The position numbers were made by a program, and so were the translations under genes. A model generated the notes under the pieces. The model did not search any database, had not been told where the DNA came from, and worked only from the letters and a program-made list of their open reading frames with translations. DNA of 64,000 nucleotides from Candidatus Hydrogenedentota bacterium (GTDB taxonomy: Bacteria > Hydrogenedentota > Hydrogenedentia > Hydrogenedentales > SLHB01). Shown here one piece after another: positions 40,793 through 50,531 of the stretch; positions within the stretch are counted from its first letter, which is position 1; every line of letters begins with the position of its first letter. Location: assembly GCA_045863335.1 (NCBI GenBank), contig BTVY01000005.1, positions 136,439 to 200,438 of the forward strand. Reading direction: 5' to 3'.

Positions 40793-40820
40793 CATTATTT
40801 CGTTTTCTGACGAAATAATG
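40793..40820. promoter_or_regulatory. Second ArsR-operator-like palindrome (O2)
   Basis: CATTATTTCGT-tttctg-ACGAAATAATG shares the ATTTCGT-N6-ACGAAAT core with O1. Confidence 0.7.
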
Positions 40821-40874
40821 GTGCCGGGCTACACCGCGACTTGTCTGCGGAAGCTGTTACGACTGCTGCAGCCC

Positions 40875-42284
40875 CTATTGCCCGGCGAGTTTCGAGCGCC
40901 TCGTCAACAACTGCTCGAACTGCTGAATGCGAATGTCAAAGAAGCTCATCAGCTTCTCATGGAGTTCCTTGTTCGAAGCAGCAATTAGCGAGCGATGATT
41001 GGTCATACTGCTGTCGAGTAGCAATACGTCGTCGAGACTCTCCCCGTATGCGTCCGTAACATAGCATCCGGCCTCGATGGCGATCAGGTAAGAAGCTGCG
41101 ATGTCGTAGGGCGCGATACCGAGGACGATGCCGCGGCCCGCGTTGATGAACTGATCCTCGACCGCATCCGGAATGTCGCGCAGAAAACGGTTGGCGAAAT
41201 CCACACAGGCGTCGAGCTGGTTGGTCAACAAGCGGGTCAGGCTGTAGGAGGTGCTGTTGCAGGCGAAGAACCCGCCCTTCAGACTCGACAGGTCAATGAG
41301 CTTCGCCGCCGTCGGGAAGATCAGTTCCGCTGGACGTGCGGGCACCGTCATGGACCACGAAACCTGTTCGAGATTGGCGTTGCGGGACAGCTTGGCCTTC
41401 TTGATGGCGTCGCTCACGTAAATGCGCGCGCCTTTTCCCCGTTGCGCATAGAAGGTGCGCGGGCCGGTGATTTCCATCACGATCCCGTTGTCCACGTCCG
41501 ACATGCGGGGACGTTCGATGACCCGCGTGCTCGCCACGGAAACCACGCAGGACTCGAATCCGCTTTTCGCCGCACGGGATCCGTCCACCGGATCGACGAT
41601 AAGCAAGTGTTCGGGTTGTGCGCTTGTAAAGGTCGTGTAACCAGCGTCTTCCGAATAGAACGCCACCGGTTTCTTCGCGTCCCTCAGGAAATTCAACAGT
41701 GCCCGCTCGGCCACCTTGTCGAGCTGGAATGTGGCGTCGCCGCTGGTGGCGCTCCCGATGATCTCGCGCCCCTTCGCCGCGCGAACCAGCGGGGCAACGG
41801 CTTTGCGGATGGTCGTGGCGACTTCCAGCAGGAACTCACGTGTGAGGACGGGCTTACGGCTTGCAGACTTCCTGGCGGAGGTCCCGGCCGAGGGCTTCTG
41901 CGCCGGCTTGGCCGCTGGCTTTGAGGTAACCTTTGCGGCAGGTTTCCGCGCGGGTTTTACTGGAGCGGTCCGCGCTGCCGTTCGCGCGGGCGCCGATTTG
42001 GTTTTGGACTTTTTCGCGGGGGCCTTTCCAGTCGTGGGCTTCTTTTTCAACGTCTTTGCTGCCTTGGGTTTGGCCTTGGGTTTCGCCTTCGAAGTTGCCT
42101 TAGGCTTCGTCTTGGGCTTGCTTTTTGGTTTTGCCTTGGCCGCCTTCTTCGCGGGGGCTTTCTTGGCACTGACGGCTTTTTTGGCCGGCTTCTTCACCGC
42201 CTTTTTAGCGGCCGCCTTGGGCTTCGGTTTGGCCTTGGCCGCCTTCTTGGGCGTTTTCTTCGCTTTCTTTGCTGACGTTGCCAT
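40875..42284 (-). CDS. Inositol monophosphatase/FBPase-family enzyme with N-terminal histone H1-like Lys/Ala/Pro-rich domain
   Basis: DKVAE, SED, IVDPVDGS and PYDIAASYLIAIEAG motifs; the first ~145 aa are KKAAKAKPK-type repeats; AGGAG RBS before ATG 42284. Confidence 0.85.
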   Translation of the reverse strand: MATSAKKAKKTPKKAAKAKPKPKAAAKKAVKKPAKKAVSAKKAPAKKAAKAKPKSKPKTKPKATSKAKPKAKPKAAKTLKKKPTTGKAPAKKSKTKSAPARTAARTAPVKPARKPAAKVTSKPAAKPAQKPSAGTSARKSASRKPVLTREFLLEVATTIRKAVAPLVRAAKGREIIGSATSGDATFQLDKVAERALLNFLRDAKKPVAFYSEDAGYTTFTSAQPEHLLIVDPVDGSRAAKSGFESCVVSVASTRVIERPRMSDVDNGIVMEITGPRTFYAQRGKGARIYVSDAIKKAKLSRNANLEQVSWSMTVPARPAELIFPTAAKLIDLSSLKGGFFACNSTSYSLTRLLTNQLDACVDFANRFLRDIPDAVEDQFINAGRGIVLGIAPYDIAASYLIAIEAGCYVTDAYGESLDDVLLLDSSMTNHRSLIAASNKELHEKLMSFFDIRIQQFEQLLTRRSKLAGQ

Positions 42285-42736
42285 GGTTACCCGCGGTCTC
42301 CTGTAGGTTTCCTACTACCCCACGGTCACTTGAGGGGGGCAATGCAATCGGGGAAGCGCTCCCGCGTACCGCTTCGGGTGTGCGCGGTCTGACACATCAT
42401 GATAAAAACGGTTCTCACCGTCCTTCATTTCGGCCGTTCCGGCGGATGCGGACTTGTCATAACAATCCGCCACGCAAACAGATGCAGCATACCGCGGGTA
42501 GCCATGACCCTTTCCCAGCGGAATCATCCTGGCTACCCGTGCCACGCGTTCACTCCGGCCCGCCTCACATAATTAACTGGCAATATACCAGCCTTCGCCC
42601 CACTTTAGCACTTTTCTTTGCAACTGTCCAGTACATTCTAGGTGCTCTGCGGAAAAACAATTGCGGCCTTACCCGCTTTCCAGTAAAGTCTGGTCGTGCG
42701 CAAGACGAGACATGCGCGACATTTCGAGGGGATTTG

Positions 42737-44557
42737 ATGAACTGCCCGCCCGGCACGAACCACCACGATGCACGCACGACTCGACGCTGTGTCATGCTCT
42801 CCGTGGCGCTTTTCATGGCTGCCGTGTTGGCGTATCTTCCGGCGCTTAGAGCGGATTTCGTCACCTATGATGACGGGCTGTATGTGACGGAGAACGACCA
42901 TGTCCAACTAGGGCTGTCTGCGGAGTCCGTTGCGTGGGCCTTCACGAACGGTGAGTCCGGTAGTTGGCAGCCCCTGACTTGGCTGTCCCATATGCTGGAC
43001 TACGAGGTATTTGGGGATGCGGCGTGGGGGCACCATCTGACGAGCGTCATGCTTCATGGGGTCGCCTCGGTGCTGCTGTTCCTGGCGCTATTACGCATGT
43101 CGGGCGACGTAGGCCCAAGCCTTTTTGTCGCAACGGTATTCGCGTTGCATCCACTCCACGTCGAATCGGTTGCCTGGGTGTCGGAGCGCAAAGATGTCCT
43201 GAGCGCGCTCTTCGCGGTGCTCACGATTCTGGCGTACGCGCGCTACGCCGGAACGGGCTCGCGCGGGCAGTATGCCCTGAGTCTTGTGTGGCTGGCTCTC
43301 GGACTGATGGCTAAACCCATGCTGGTCACCATTCCTTGCGTGCTGCTGCTTCTGGATTATTGGCCCTTGAAGCGATGCACGGAGCCTGTTTTTCGTGCCG
43401 GCGCGCGCCTGATCCTCGAAAAACTGCCCCACTTTGGACTGGTCCTCGTCGTTGCGCTGGTAACGCTCTGGATGCAGCGGGAGGTCAGCGCGATGAGTTC
43501 GCTCGAAGCGCTTCCCCTCGACCTCCGGGTCAGGAACGCCATCTATTCGTATGTCGCCTACGCGGGCAAGACCTTCTGGCCGGTCCACCTGGCGGCCTAC
43601 TACCCCCACCCCCGGGAGTCGTTGACCGGGCTCACCGTGGGTCTTGCGGGGACGCTGCTGCTCGCAGTCACGGCGGGCGTTCTCCTGCTGCGCAAACGCG
43701 CGGCCTATCTGCCCGTGGGCTGGTTCTGGTATCTCGGCATGCTGGTGCCGGTGATTGGCATCATTCAGGCTGGCACCCAGGGTATGGCGGACCGGTATAT
43801 GTACCTTCCCATGGTCGGCCTCGCCATCATGGTTGCCTGGGGTGTCGCGGAATCGGCGTCGAAGGTCGCTGCACCCCCTTGGGCTCCACGTGTGGCGGGT
43901 GTTGCGGTAGCCGCCGCCCTGGCCTGTTGCACCTGGGTTCAGGCGGGATATTGGAAGGACTCCGAGACCCTCTTCCGGCGCGCCCTCGCCGTCACCGAGA
44001 ACAACGAAGTGGCCGAGCGGGCCCTGGCCACCGTGTTGATCGATGGAGGACGCGACGCGGAGGCCCTGCCGCATTTGCTGCGCGCCATCGAACTCGACCC
44101 CGGCTTCGCGGAAAACCATTACCACCTTGGCATCATCCGTCAACGCGAAGGGGACCACGCCGCCGCCATCGCCGCGTTTCGCCGTGCCGTCGAACTCGAC
44201 CCCGGCTATAGCAAGGCGTACAACAACCTCGGCGTCACCCTCATGAACCTCGGCCGCTACCCTGAAGCCGAACGGGCCATCGCGAAAGCCGTCGAAACCG
44301 ATCCCGCCAACCGGGAAGCCGTAGAGAACTACGCAGGCATCCTCGTCGCCATCGGCAACTACGCCGAAGCCGAGACGCGTCTGCGCCCCCTCCTCGACGA
44401 GTCCCCTGACGACGCCGTCCTCCATACCAATCTCGCCGCCGCCCTCCTGGGTCAAGGCAAACTCGACGAAGCCCGCAAGCATTTTGTACGTGCCTTGGAA
44501 ATCCAGCCGGACTACGAACCCGCGCGGCGGGGTTTGGAGGCGTTGGAAGGGCGGTAA
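42737..44557 (+). CDS. TMTC-like GT-C (putative protein O-glycosyltransferase) with C-terminal TPRs
   Basis: DFVTYDDGLYV, WQPLTWLS, HPLHVESVAWVSERKD and ADRYMYLP, then TPRs (AYNNLGVTL). Start is 42737 or 42794. Confidence 0.85.
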   Translation: MNCPPGTNHHDARTTRRCVMLSVALFMAAVLAYLPALRADFVTYDDGLYVTENDHVQLGLSAESVAWAFTNGESGSWQPLTWLSHMLDYEVFGDAAWGHHLTSVMLHGVASVLLFLALLRMSGDVGPSLFVATVFALHPLHVESVAWVSERKDVLSALFAVLTILAYARYAGTGSRGQYALSLVWLALGLMAKPMLVTIPCVLLLLDYWPLKRCTEPVFRAGARLILEKLPHFGLVLVVALVTLWMQREVSAMSSLEALPLDLRVRNAIYSYVAYAGKTFWPVHLAAYYPHPRESLTGLTVGLAGTLLLAVTAGVLLLRKRAAYLPVGWFWYLGMLVPVIGIIQAGTQGMADRYMYLPMVGLAIMVAWGVAESASKVAAPPWAPRVAGVAVAAALACCTWVQAGYWKDSETLFRRALAVTENNEVAERALATVLIDGGRDAEALPHLLRAIELDPGFAENHYHLGIIRQREGDHAAAIAAFRRAVELDPGYSKAYNNLGVTLMNLGRYPEAERAIAKAVETDPANREAVENYAGILVAIGNYAEAETRLRPLLDESPDDAVLHTNLAAALLGQGKLDEARKHFVRALEIQPDYEPARRGLEALEGR

Positions 44558-44638
44558 GTGGTGCTCCGATCACAATTATTGGAGACTGGTGTCGGTAATG
44601 GCGCGCATCAAACGCGTTCATGCCGAATGCGTAGAAGA

Positions 44639-44885
44639 ACACAGGTGAGCGCACCTGTGCCACACGCGTTGGGTTCTTGCGGGGGCGTCCCTTAATCCTC
44701 CAGATCGATGACCGAGAACACGTGCGCCCAGGAGAGCGGGTTTTCTAACCCGCTTCTTCGCCAACGATCGCGGTTCAGTGGAAGCGCGTTGTTACCGCAC
44801 GGGGATCATGTCGGGCGGTACTGTCGTTGCGATGGCTTTCTGACCAATCGATCCATGACGTCGCGGGTTGGAAAACCCGCGCTCC
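44639..44885. repeat. REP-like cluster: one GTGG-type hairpin and an inverted GGAG-type pair
   Basis: CACAGGTG-agcg-CACCTGTG-ccac (44640-44663); GGAGAGCGGGTTTTCTAACCCGC (44731-44753) and inverted GCGGGTTGGAAAACCCGCGCTCC (44863-44885). Confidence 0.72.
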
Positions 44886-44903
44886 GTGATGCCGCGACTT
44901 CCT

Positions 44904-47900
44904 TTACCCCGCCTGTTGCAACTCGAATGGCGCGAAGAGGCCGTAGCCTATGGTGCTGTACTCGGCACCGGGGGGTGGGCCGGGGATGGGGCCGTTGCGG
45001 AACATGCCGGGCGACGCGATGCCGAGGGGCGGAGCGCCGTGGTGCGGTCCGAGCGTGTTCTTGGGCGTGCCGATGACTTCGACTTCGACGATGTTTTCGC
45101 CGGGTCGAATCAGGCTGGACACGTCGCGGGTCGAGGGGCGGCGGTAGATGATCCCGGCGTCCTCGCCGTTCACGCGCACCTTGGCCACGCTGCCGAGCCA
45201 CGCGGGGAGTTTCACCTGGTACGAACCCGACGTTGCGTCGACGGTGAAGGTTTGCGTGTATGCAACGCCCGCGCAATAGAGGGGGCAGCCTTGCCGGTCC
45301 CAGGGTCCCGCTTCCAGATCGCGCGGGCCGACAATATGGAAACCCGAATCGGTGGACAGCAGACTGAAGTCGCCGAGCAGGTAGGCCCGTTCCAGTTCGT
45401 GATACATGCTGAACGCGTCGGCGCGGACGGTGAGCGTGTTGTCGCCGGTGACGGCGCAGTCCGTGATGTCGACCACGCCGAAGGCGCGGTCCAGCCACCA
45501 TTCGCCCGGCAACGGCGTCACGGATTTTTCGTTGCAGGTGATCGTATAGAGGTCCGTGCGTTCGACCACGGCGTAGAGCGGCGATGGCACATCGCCGTCG
45601 ATGGTGAAGCGATAGGTCGCTTCGAATCCGCCACCTTCGGGGAAGGTCGTGGTGATCAACTCATCGTTGAACTGCACGGCATGGTCCCAGGGGTTCCGTT
45701 CGAGACCGTGCTTCTGAAACACGAACTCCGCCGCCGCGTAGTAATACTGGGCTTCGCGGGCTTCGTCGCCGACGCGCACATCGACGTAGTCGAGGGTCAA
45801 TACATTCGGCGAAGTCCGATTCACGGCCATGGCGCCTGCCGCGGGAATGGCGGCCCACTGCGGCGCGTCCGCGGGTGCGGGCGTGGCAACGCCGGCATCC
45901 TTCGGCAAGTATAACAGCAAACTTCCGCAGGCCGGCAACTCGATCGAGGCGCGCACGCCGCCGCTCTCCAGCGCTTCGAAGGGATAGGCGATTCCCGTCT
46001 CGCCGGATTCCAGATCCCAGCGTTCGACGCCGTTCATGTTGGAACGCAACACGGCCGTCGCTTGCGCGGCATCGCTGGTGTTTACGATGAATACGAGATC
46101 GCCGTCGGCAAAGCTACGGCGCATGTGATAGACGATACCGCGTCCATCTCCCGTCAACGTGATGCTGAACGGCCCTTCGGACTGCTGCCGCGTTTGCAGC
46201 ACGCTACCTTCCGTTTTCTTCCATCCCTCGTGCGTGGCCAGCGCGAGTACGCGGTCCGACGCGCGGCCGTCGACCATCGCGGGCGGCACGTCGCCGAAGT
46301 CCAGTACGGTGCCGCCGGCCTTGACGAATTCGTCTAGCAAGCGGACCGTCGCATCGTCGAGACTCTCCGTGCCGCGCGGCACGACGAAGATGGAGTAGTC
46401 GCGTTGGCCGACGACCAACTTTCCATTCTCCACCCGTCCCCATTGCGACATGATGTATTCGCACCCGATATCGAATTCGACGTTGTCTTTCGCCAACTGC
46501 GTCACGAATGACTGAAAGGCTTCGCCCAACTGTTCGTTGTGTTCACGTCCGGGGCCCTGATACATCCATGCCGTGGTTGTCGGTTCGAGGACGAGCACGT
46601 CGTTGATCTGCTGGCCGTGGGATACCGCGAGACCGAGCCGCGCGAAGTAGTCCGCCAACACGTGATACGAGCCCCACCACGGTGCGTGATAGGAAAAGGA
46701 CTGCGGGTAATCGCCTTTCCGAGCGCCGCGCAAGGTCGAATGGGTGAGATGCTGATTGATGAAGGACACGCCCAGCGCGCTCATCCAGTCGCCGATGCGT
46801 TTCATGTCGTCGAAACGCAGATCCCAACCGCCGCCGCCATAGGCTTCGCAAAGCCGCCGCGACCGGCCAAGCTGGTTCGCCACGCTCGCGAGTTCCACCA
46901 CCGCGCGCACGTTGCCGACCTGGGCGTGCACGCCTTCCGCGTACTGGTTGAAGAGGATGTCGATGCCCGGGGCCTGTTGCCACGCGGCCATGGTCATGTT
47001 GTCGGGCACGCGCGTGAGCCGCGGCCATTCGTGTTCCCAGTAGTGGCCGGTGAATTCGAGACCATTCTGCTCGCAATACGCGTAGTAGGGTTTCGCCCAT
47101 CGTTCGACGAAAAGTTCGTTCAGCGTGCTGTAGTAATCGTGGCGCACCTTCTTCCAGTCGCCGAGGTCGCACTGGAGTGACGCGAGGTGTTCCATGAGGT
47201 CGTAGCCCCAGCGCTTCTGAAACACCTCCGGTAGGTCGGGCGTCCAGTGATAGTCGCCGCCGGGCACGAGATGGGGCTCGTCGGTGAACGCGCCGGGGAC
47301 GCGCTTGCCGAATTCGTCGCCAAAGGCGTCCTTGTACGCATCCATCGTGACTTCCAGAAACTTCTCCGTCACGCCGGGACGCAGAAGATCGACGTAGGTC
47401 TTGCCGCCGAACCATGGCGAAGGCTGCGCCCACGCGCGCTTGGCCAGGATGTAGTTTCCCGCGGGCAAGGGGGAAGACGCGTCGGCCTTCGTGAAGTTGC
47501 CGTCCGCGACCGTATACACGGCGAGCACGTCTTCCGGCAGGGGTTGAGGTACCGCGGCGACTTCCTCAAAGACGAGTCCCTGTCCCTTCGATTCCGGCAG
47601 CAACTCCGGCACGAATCCACCGGCGAACCCGGAGGGGTAGGAGTTCTCGTCGTAGATCCAGATATTCATGCCGAGCTTCCCGGCCTCGTCGAGCGTGACG
47701 GCCCACATCTCAAACCAGCGGTCGGAGAGATACGGCGTCATGAGCCCTGGCCGCGGATGGACGAAGGCCTGCATGACATGTTGCGACGCGAGGTCTTGCA
47801 GGGTCTGCCGGATCTCGCTTTCCGTCATCCAGTCGTTCCACACCCACAAGGGCCCCGTGCTGTAGTCCGCCGGAGGCGCGGCGAATTGATCGCGCACGAT

Positions 47901-47999
47901 AGCGATGTCTTCTGCAGCAGCCGATACCGCGCACCCGGCCATCAAAGCGACGGCTCCCAGAATCTGAACGCACTTCGAAGTAGCACCATGAACGATCAT
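44904..47999 (-). CDS. Secreted glycoside hydrolase, GH106 (alpha-L-rhamnosidase)-like
   Basis: GPLWVWN, FVHPRPGL, WIYDENSYPSGFAGG, FTDEP and DYPQSFSY; C-terminal beta-sandwich (VRVNG, LIRPGENIVEVEV). Confidence 0.78.
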   Translation of the reverse strand: MIVHGATSKCVQILGAVALMAGCAVSAAAEDIAIVRDQFAAPPADYSTGPLWVWNDWMTESEIRQTLQDLASQHVMQAFVHPRPGLMTPYLSDRWFEMWAVTLDEAGKLGMNIWIYDENSYPSGFAGGFVPELLPESKGQGLVFEEVAAVPQPLPEDVLAVYTVADGNFTKADASSPLPAGNYILAKRAWAQPSPWFGGKTYVDLLRPGVTEKFLEVTMDAYKDAFGDEFGKRVPGAFTDEPHLVPGGDYHWTPDLPEVFQKRWGYDLMEHLASLQCDLGDWKKVRHDYYSTLNELFVERWAKPYYAYCEQNGLEFTGHYWEHEWPRLTRVPDNMTMAAWQQAPGIDILFNQYAEGVHAQVGNVRAVVELASVANQLGRSRRLCEAYGGGGWDLRFDDMKRIGDWMSALGVSFINQHLTHSTLRGARKGDYPQSFSYHAPWWGSYHVLADYFARLGLAVSHGQQINDVLVLEPTTTAWMYQGPGREHNEQLGEAFQSFVTQLAKDNVEFDIGCEYIMSQWGRVENGKLVVGQRDYSIFVVPRGTESLDDATVRLLDEFVKAGGTVLDFGDVPPAMVDGRASDRVLALATHEGWKKTEGSVLQTRQQSEGPFSITLTGDGRGIVYHMRRSFADGDLVFIVNTSDAAQATAVLRSNMNGVERWDLESGETGIAYPFEALESGGVRASIELPACGSLLLYLPKDAGVATPAPADAPQWAAIPAAGAMAVNRTSPNVLTLDYVDVRVGDEAREAQYYYAAAEFVFQKHGLERNPWDHAVQFNDELITTTFPEGGGFEATYRFTIDGDVPSPLYAVVERTDLYTITCNEKSVTPLPGEWWLDRAFGVVDITDCAVTGDNTLTVRADAFSMYHELERAYLLGDFSLLSTDSGFHIVGPRDLEAGPWDRQGCPLYCAGVAYTQTFTVDATSGSYQVKLPAWLGSVAKVRVNGEDAGIIYRRPSTRDVSSLIRPGENIVEVEVIGTPKNTLGPHHGAPPLGIASPGMFRNGPIPGPPPGAEYSTIGYGLFAPFELQQAG

Positions 48000-48209
48000 C
48001 CCGCGTACCCCCAAAAATCGAAACGCCCCGGCGGCACGCCTCCCCCGGCATGCCGCGTAGAAGTCCAGTATAGCGCATTGCGCCAGCGTCATTCCGATTT
48101 GGGCGTCATCGCCGCCGGGTTATTGATTGACAGCCCCATCGGCACCTGTTATCCTTGCTAGTCACGGATTAGGAGCGGGGCGCACCTGTGCCTGCCCGGC
48201 GAGGGAAGC

Positions 48210-50531
48210 ATGTACGAAGCCTTTTACGGTCTGCGGGAAAAACCCTTCAATCTGACCCCGGACCCCAAATTCCTCTACCTCAGCGAGAAGCACAAGGAGG
48301 CCTTCGCCCACCTGCTTTTCGGCATCAAGAACCGGAGCGGGTTCGTGATGGTGACGGGGGAGATCGGTACCGGCAAGACGACCATTTGCCGGACGCTCCT
48401 GAACGAACTCGACGAGAACACGGAAGTCGCGTTCATCTTCAATCCTTACCTTTCGCCCGAGGAGCTCCTGCGTAAGATCAACGAGGACTTCGGGATAGAC
48501 TCCAAAGCCGGGACCGTCCGGGAGCTGATCGACGAACTCAACGCGTATCTCCTGGACCGGAACGCCAAGGGCAAGAACTGCGTGCTGGTGATCGATGAGG
48601 CGCAGAACCTCACGCCCGGCGTTTTGGAACAGATCCGGCTCCTGTCGAATCTCGAGACCGAAACGACGAAGCTCCTCCAGATCGTGCTTATCGGCCAACC
48701 GGAGTTGATGCAACATTTGTCGTTGGACGAGTTACGCCAGCTCAACCAGCGGATCACGGCGCGGTACCACCTTCATCCTCTCGAACGGGACGAGACGCTG
48801 CAGTACATCGCCTACCGGCTTCGGGTCGCGGGCGGACGCCGCCGCATCAACTTTACGCCTGGCGCGGTGAAGGTGATTTACAAGCATTCCGGCGGCACGC
48901 CGCGCGTCATTAACGCCATTTGCGACCGCGCGCTTCTCATCGGTTACACGAAGGAGACGCGGGAAATCACGACCGCCATTGCCAAGCAGGCGTGGAAAGA
49001 AATCCGGGGCGAAAAGGTCAAGAAGAAGAAGGAACCCAAGGCCTCAGGGCTGCGGCGCTTGATCCCGGGTCCCACGATGCTCGCTGTCGTGGCGCTGATT
49101 CTGGTAGCGGGCAAGTATGGGTTGGATTACTGGAACGATTCGTCGAGTTCGGCGTTGCGCGCGTTGTTCGACGGCGTGAATCCTGTTACGGCTACGACGT
49201 CGACCGCGGAAGCGCGGGTACGCGACCTCGCCTTGACACCCGCCGTGGAGCGGCCGGTTCAGGTGGAGACGCCCGCCTCGGATGGTACCTTCGACCCCAC
49301 GTTTGCGGGGCTTATCGATCGGTTGAATCCGGACGAGTGCCGGGAAGGCTCCGCCATCGCCATGCTTCGGGCATGGAACCACGGGCTGCTTACGGATCTG
49401 CCGGCCGACGATTCGGTGGAGAGCATTCAGACTTTTGCAGCGAACAGCCGGCTTCTGTGTGAAGCGATGGAGTTGACGCCGGATCAGATCGAGGCAATCA
49501 ATCTGCCGGTGCTGGTTCGGTTGCACGGAAAGAATCAGTCCGTTTGGTCCGCCGTGACCGGTGTGGAGTTTGACGAGCTGCGGCTCACGACGAGCAAGTC
49601 CGACACGACGTTGATTCCCAAGAATGTGCTTGCGGAATGTTACCAGGGCGAGGCGCTTCTTTTCTGGAAAGATCCCAATCCCGAAGCGCCCATCCTACGG
49701 CCGGAGATGACCGGCGAGGAAGTCCGCATCCTGCAATCGCAGTTGCGCGCGCTCGGACGCTACAAGGAGAAACCGAACGGCGTGTACGACAGCGCCACGC
49801 GGTCGGCGGTGTCCGCGGTTCAGAAGGACACCGGGCTCGAGGTCGATGGCATTCTCGGCAGCCGCACCCGCATGGTGCTTTACAGTTGGCTGCCCGGGTT
49901 TTCCACACCTGCGTTGCGCCCCTTGCCGCCACTGAATCTTCGCGCGGATTGGGAGGAGAAGCCCGAGCCGAAACCTGAATCCAAACCGGAACCGAAGCCG
50001 GATCCGCCCACCAATGTGGCCAAGAAGGTGGATTCGCCGAAACCCGAAGCGCCAGTGGAGCCGAAGCCGGAAGAGAAATCAGAGGAAGCCCCAGCGCCGG
50101 AAGCGCCTCCCGCGGAACCGAAAGCGGAAGAGGCTCCCGACGAGCCGACCGCCGTAGCCGAAGCTCCGAATACAGTTGTTCCCGAGTCGGAAGCTCCTGC
50201 GGAACCGGGTACTGAAGCCTTGCCGCCGCCTCCTCCGCTGCCGGAAGGACCTGTCGATCCCTTTGCGAGCGCGAGTGGCACGAGTCCTGTGTTGGCGGAA
50301 GAGTTGGACGCGCCGGGTACGGCCTCGCCGCCGGAGGATTCCCCGGCGGAAGAATCGGATGCGGAGGAAGAACCTGCGGAACCCGCCGCTCCTGAGAGCG
50401 ATTCCGTTGCAGAAGGAAGTACCGAGGAGGCTCCGGCCGCGCCGCCCAGCAGCAGTGCGCCCCCTGCGCTGAGTGGCATGCCTCTGGTTCCCAGCGCGGC
50501 GAGCGGAAGCGGGGGGAATCAGGCCCCATGA
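48210..50531 (+). CDS. ExeA/GspA-like AAA ATPase with peptidoglycan-binding domain and Pro/Glu-rich tail
   Basis: MYEAFYGLREKPF, GEIGTGKTT, IDEAQ, LIGQPEL and GGTPRVIN; TM; PG-binding domain (LQSQL...GLEVDGILG). Confidence 0.9.
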   Translation: MYEAFYGLREKPFNLTPDPKFLYLSEKHKEAFAHLLFGIKNRSGFVMVTGEIGTGKTTICRTLLNELDENTEVAFIFNPYLSPEELLRKINEDFGIDSKAGTVRELIDELNAYLLDRNAKGKNCVLVIDEAQNLTPGVLEQIRLLSNLETETTKLLQIVLIGQPELMQHLSLDELRQLNQRITARYHLHPLERDETLQYIAYRLRVAGGRRRINFTPGAVKVIYKHSGGTPRVINAICDRALLIGYTKETREITTAIAKQAWKEIRGEKVKKKKEPKASGLRRLIPGPTMLAVVALILVAGKYGLDYWNDSSSSALRALFDGVNPVTATTSTAEARVRDLALTPAVERPVQVETPASDGTFDPTFAGLIDRLNPDECREGSAIAMLRAWNHGLLTDLPADDSVESIQTFAANSRLLCEAMELTPDQIEAINLPVLVRLHGKNQSVWSAVTGVEFDELRLTTSKSDTTLIPKNVLAECYQGEALLFWKDPNPEAPILRPEMTGEEVRILQSQLRALGRYKEKPNGVYDSATRSAVSAVQKDTGLEVDGILGSRTRMVLYSWLPGFSTPALRPLPPLNLRADWEEKPEPKPESKPEPKPDPPTNVAKKVDSPKPEAPVEPKPEEKSEEAPAPEAPPAEPKAEEAPDEPTAVAEAPNTVVPESEAPAEPGTEALPPPPPLPEGPVDPFASASGTSPVLAEELDAPGTASPPEDSPAEESDAEEEPAEPAAPESDSVAEGSTEEAPAAPPSSSAPPALSGMPLVPSAASGSGGNQAP

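Noticed and set aside
42269-42736. Extended N-terminus of the TMTC-like ORF
   Set aside because: It overlaps the divergent gene start and lacks protein-like composition.
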